64,000 nt of DNA from the human T2T-CHM13v2.0 reference genome, Homo sapiens. The stretch's first letter is position 1. Every line of letters starts with the position of its first letter. Positions 60,088 to 64,000 of the stretch are shown piece after piece. Under the pieces are notes generated by a model. That model made no database searches. It was not told the origin of the DNA and worked only from the letters and a program-made list of their open reading frames with translations. The stretch is from assembly GCF_009914755.1 (NCBI RefSeq), contig NC_060929.1. The stretch is one strand, 5' to 3'. Position numbers and translations under genes: made by a program.

Positions 60088-60184
60088 ATCGTATGGCATT
60101 CTTGTGTTGCATTTTATCCATGTTGCCTTGTTAAAAATCAAAAGCATTTTGACATCAACACAATGTCATTAACTTGACATCTAA

Positions 60185-60355
60185 GCAAACTGGGCTCATA
60201 TCCTAGCTCACCCTTTTATAAATTCAATGACCTTATGAAAGTCTCTTGACATATTTGAGCCTCAATTTTTCTTACTTGTTATATGTGGACAAAGATTGCT
60301 GTGAAGAGTAAATGTGACATGTAAATATCCCATACATAATAGGATCACAATAAGT
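60185..60355 (+). mobile_element. MIR
   Basis: ctgggctcatatcctagctc...tgaccttatgaaagtctcttgac...tttgagcctcaattttt...gattgctgtgaagagtaaatg. Confidence 0.7.
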
Positions 60356-61816
60356 TTAAGTTTATTTTTAATCGCTAGCAAAGCATACATACGATATATA
60401 TAACATCATTTAATTTAACATATATTTTGCCATATTTATATAAGCTTTTTAATGAAACATGAATTAGAATATGTTTGATTTAAAAAATTTACCTTGATTA
60501 AATATGTGTTTGGTTCCCAGGTTTCTGCCAGATATCTTTCAACTAAAAATCATGTTATTTATACATTTCTCCATGTAAACAAGATACGTTTGTTAAATAA
60601 CCTACCACATGCCAAACACTACATGACATGAGATGCAATCACTATACTCTTATTTTTAAAATTAGTTACAATTAATAGATGCGTAACATCTAAATAGGCA
60701 AATATTCACAGGAATTTTCAGACATGTTAAGAATCTTGCCAAAGGTAACAATATAGAACATATATACACAGATTGAGTTTAAAAAAAAAAAAGGAAAACG
60801 TGTGTGTGCACATCTCATTATTTATTCTATAATCAAATGATTGATGTAATGCTGAATAACTTTTAAAGTATGTCTAATCATGCTGGTTAGCATATTATAC
60901 ATACCTTCATATGTTCACCCTAAATAGCTCTCCAGTAAAGTGCTAACTAAATGTATTATATTCCCTCCACTGAAATCATCAAGGGGGACAAATGTGATGA
61001 AAATATGTCTGGGAAGGCTTTTTAGTATTGTAAATAAAATGTACAGGATTTTCGAGACTGCCTTTATAAAAATAGCAAAACCCTAAATCAAGTGATAGAA
61101 AAATTGCAGGTTAAACAATGTAAGACTTCATGTTTTTTGCATTACCTGTCAATGTCTTTCCCTCTACCCATAATCTTTGATTGCTCAGAAATGATACCAA
61201 CATTTACTACAAAAAGGCAAATGGAAAAATGTAGAATGTGATATTTTGATTTATAATAACTTTGGTGTTATTTTCACTTCCTAACACACAGCCCCTAATG
61301 CTAATGAGTTGGCTCCTGACTGGAAGCTCCTGGATAGCCTTAGGATGGGGGCTGGTTGTCAAGGGAACCACCTGTGTAATTAGAGGACTGGAAGTGTCAC
61401 CCTCCTTCCCCTCACCTCTGGGGAGGAAAGAAGGGATGAAGGTTGAGTTCATCGCAATGACCAATGATTTAGTCAATCATGTTGACCTAATGAAGCCTCC
61501 ATAAAAACTAAGAAGCATAGAATTTGGAGAGCTTCCGGGTTGCTAAACACATGGAGGTGCCTGGAGGGTAGTATACCTGGAGAGGCCATAGATGCTCTGA
61601 GGGCCTTTCTATATACCTTGCCCTATTAGTCTCTTTATCTGGCTGTTCGCCTGTATTCTTAGTAAAATTCTTTATAATAAACCAATGAATGTATGTAAGC
61701 ATTTCTCTGAGCTTTGTGAGATGCCCTAGAAAATTATTGAGCATGAGAAGAAGATCCCAGGCAACTCTGATTTGTAGCCAAGTTAGACAGAAGTTGTGGA
61801 TAATCTGTAAATCTAT

Positions 61817-62554
61817 TAATATGGTTTCGATCTGTGTCCCCACCCAAATATCATGTCGAATTGTAAACCCCAGTGTTGGAAGTGGAGACTGGTGGGAGGT
61901 AATTAGATCATGGAAGCAAATTTCCCCTTTGGTTCTCTTCCTGTGTGTATTAGTCTGTTTTCGTGCTGCTGATAAAGACATACCCAAGACTGGGTAATGT
62001 ACAAAAAAAAAAAAAAGAGGTTTATTGGACTTACCGTTCCTCTTGGCTATCGATGCCTCACAACTGTGGCAGAAGATGAAAGGCATGTCTCACATGGTGG
62101 CAGACAAGAGAAGAGAGCTTGTGCAGGGAAACTCCCCTTTTTAAAACCATCAGATCTCCCGAGACTTATTCACTATCATGAGAACGGCATGGGAAAGATC
62201 TGCCCCCGTGATTCAATTACCTCCCACTGAGTCCCTCCCACAACACATGGAAATTCAAGATAAGATTTGGGTGGCAACACAGTCAAACCACATCACCATA
62301 ATAGAGTTCTCATGATATCTGGTTGTTTGAAAGTGCGTGGCCGCTCCCACCTCTCTTCCTCCTGCTCCAGGCATGTAAGATGTCCCTGCTTCCCCTCCAC
62401 CTTCTACCATAATTGTAAGTTTCCTGAGGCCTCCCCAGAATCTGCTGTGCTTCCTGTACAGCCTGCAGAGCTGTGAGCCAATTAAACCTCTTTTCTTTAT
62501 AAATTACCCAGCCTCAGGTATTTCTTCATAGAAATGCAAGAACTAACAAATACA
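61817..62554 (+). mobile_element. MSTA-like LTR nested in MER21
   Basis: tatggtttcgatctgtgtccccacccaaatatcatgtcgaattgtaa...gctgtgagccaattaaacctcttttctttataaattacccagcctcaggtatttc...aataca. Confidence 0.9.
61946..62295 (-). mobile_element. THE1A/THE1B LTR nested in the MST LTR
   Basis: tgtattagtctgttttcgtgctgctgataaagacatacccaagactggg...gagagcttgtgcagggaaactccc...cagtcaaaccacatca. Confidence 0.92.
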
Positions 62555-64000
62555 CTACTACTTGTAACTGGGACTTGAAGTGGGAGAGGAGGAATCTTGC
62601 AAGACTGAGTGCTTAACCTGTGGGGTCTGACTAACTTTGATTGCTATCAAAATTAAATTGAATTGTAAGACATGGAGCTGGCATCTTACAATTTAATTTA
62701 ATTTTACTGTTGAGTCTGCACGGCTGGTAGGAGGATTGATGGTGTGAGAAAAACCCTACACATCTGGTGTCAGAAGTGAAGTACTGAGAGTGAGAGGATA
62801 GTGTAGGGAGTACAGAGAGTATAGTTTATTTTTCCTATAGACAAGATAACTCTTCCTTTCTCTTTACCTCTGCATACTTCACTTCTAACTGAAGCTGTAC
62901 TATTGTTTTGTTCCCACTAGCCCTTGTTAGTTCTTTAAGCCCAATCCTCAACTCCAAAGTTGCTGCGTTCTGTTTAGCCAACATGAAGGGATGCCTGGAG
63001 ACAGCCTGACTTTCTCGCTATCTAAAAATTCTAGATAGAGCTTAGGGACTTGGGTTGGATGAGGGTCCTGGGAAATCTACAAGAGACTCTTTGGCCTCAT
63101 TATTTTAGACTTGAATGATAAAAACATGGCTAAACAACAGAACAGAGATAATTGCTTTTGAAATTTTCGTGACACTCTATTTAAATTAAAACTGTTAAAA
63201 CCCCAAGGAGAAACATTCATTTTCCATCTTTTTCAATGTTTTTCTTAGAGCCATGAATTCTAGACATAAACCATAAAGGCCCCTCACTAAAAACCCGGCA
63301 TAGAAGGCAGTGCAATCTGCACAGGGGGACATGGCAGACATGCAGATGAGAAGGCACTCCTATCACTTCAGGGATCCTTTATTAACCTGAAAAGCTCTTC
63401 TAAGGTATGGCTGGAAATCTGACCCCTGAGACCTGGAAGTTAGGTATGGATGACTGTGGCACTTACAAAGTAATTTCAACCTCTGCCTTAAAAGCCAATG
63501 AGACCTGTAGGGCAGAGGCTGTGGCTAAGTGTTAATGACCAAACTTCCCTAGTCTCTGTGCCTCCTCCAGTTAGTCAGAATTTTACTTGGCTCTGGCTAC
63601 AAAAAACTATCTTCTTACCAGAGCCACATCTACTTTCCAATAAAGTATATCCTTTGCTGTAAGTAGCTATGCCTTTGAGTAAGTTATGTAAAAATTGTAA
63701 TACTGCTGTGAGTATAACTGAAACCACTAAATCCATGAAATCCGTAGACTTCTAGAATCTTGGGCTCCCAAAGTTTCCTCCAGAAAAATGCCTTCCCCGA
63801 ATTGCTCTGCGCTTATGGTCAATTTCTGATTCTGCATCTGCCTCTTTCCACCAAGACTCACTTTTGCTTGCCTCTAGAGTTTCCTTCAGTGTGGACAATG
63901 CATCTAAATGTGCCCCAGGCACACTGGCCTCTTTACTGTTGAATCTGCAGGGCTGGTAGGTATGGTTCTGCCTCAGGGCCTTTGTGCTTCCCACTCTCCT

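Larger units (their letters stand above)
61230..62843 (+). mobile_element. MER21 LTR (outer element of a nest)
   Basis: ctcctggatagccttaggatgggggctggttg...gaggaaagaagggatgaaggttgagttc...aacacatggaggtgcctggagggt; resumes after 62555 with ctacttgtaactgggacttgaagtggg...cacatctggtgtcagaagt. Confidence 0.85.

Noticed and set aside
61508-62086. 192-aa ORF
   Set aside because: Runs across THE1/MST/MER21 junctions with no protein similarity; a chance ORF.

Overview
AT-rich, gene-poor hominoid (probably human) genomic DNA; AluY and L1PA2 copies point to a great ape. I find no supportable host protein-coding gene, RNA gene or CpG island. Nearly all ORFs in the track are by-products of Alu, L1, Tigger1, LTR or microsatellite sequence. 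Main elements: a near-full-length old L1MA (~2.6-9.2 kb), several truncated L1s, a young L1PA2 with a twin-priming 5' inversion and an 18-bp TSD (48.1-50.2 kb), a full-length Tigger1 followed by an inverted duplication of its own 3' end (40.0-42.6 kb), solo ERV1 LTRs (PABL_A-like, LTR27-like), a relic MLT1 LTR-internal-LTR provirus, a triple LTR nest (MER21>MST>THE1), nine Alus plus one FRAM-like monomer, and L2/MIR relics. The most speculative lead is a non-repetitive ~0.75-kb segment (13.4-14.2 kb) whose degenerate minus-strand translation has colinear motif echoes of the bornavirus L-protein C-terminus. That comparison is from memory and needs a profile search. Repeat subfamily calls come from recalled consensus sequences, not from RepeatMasker.
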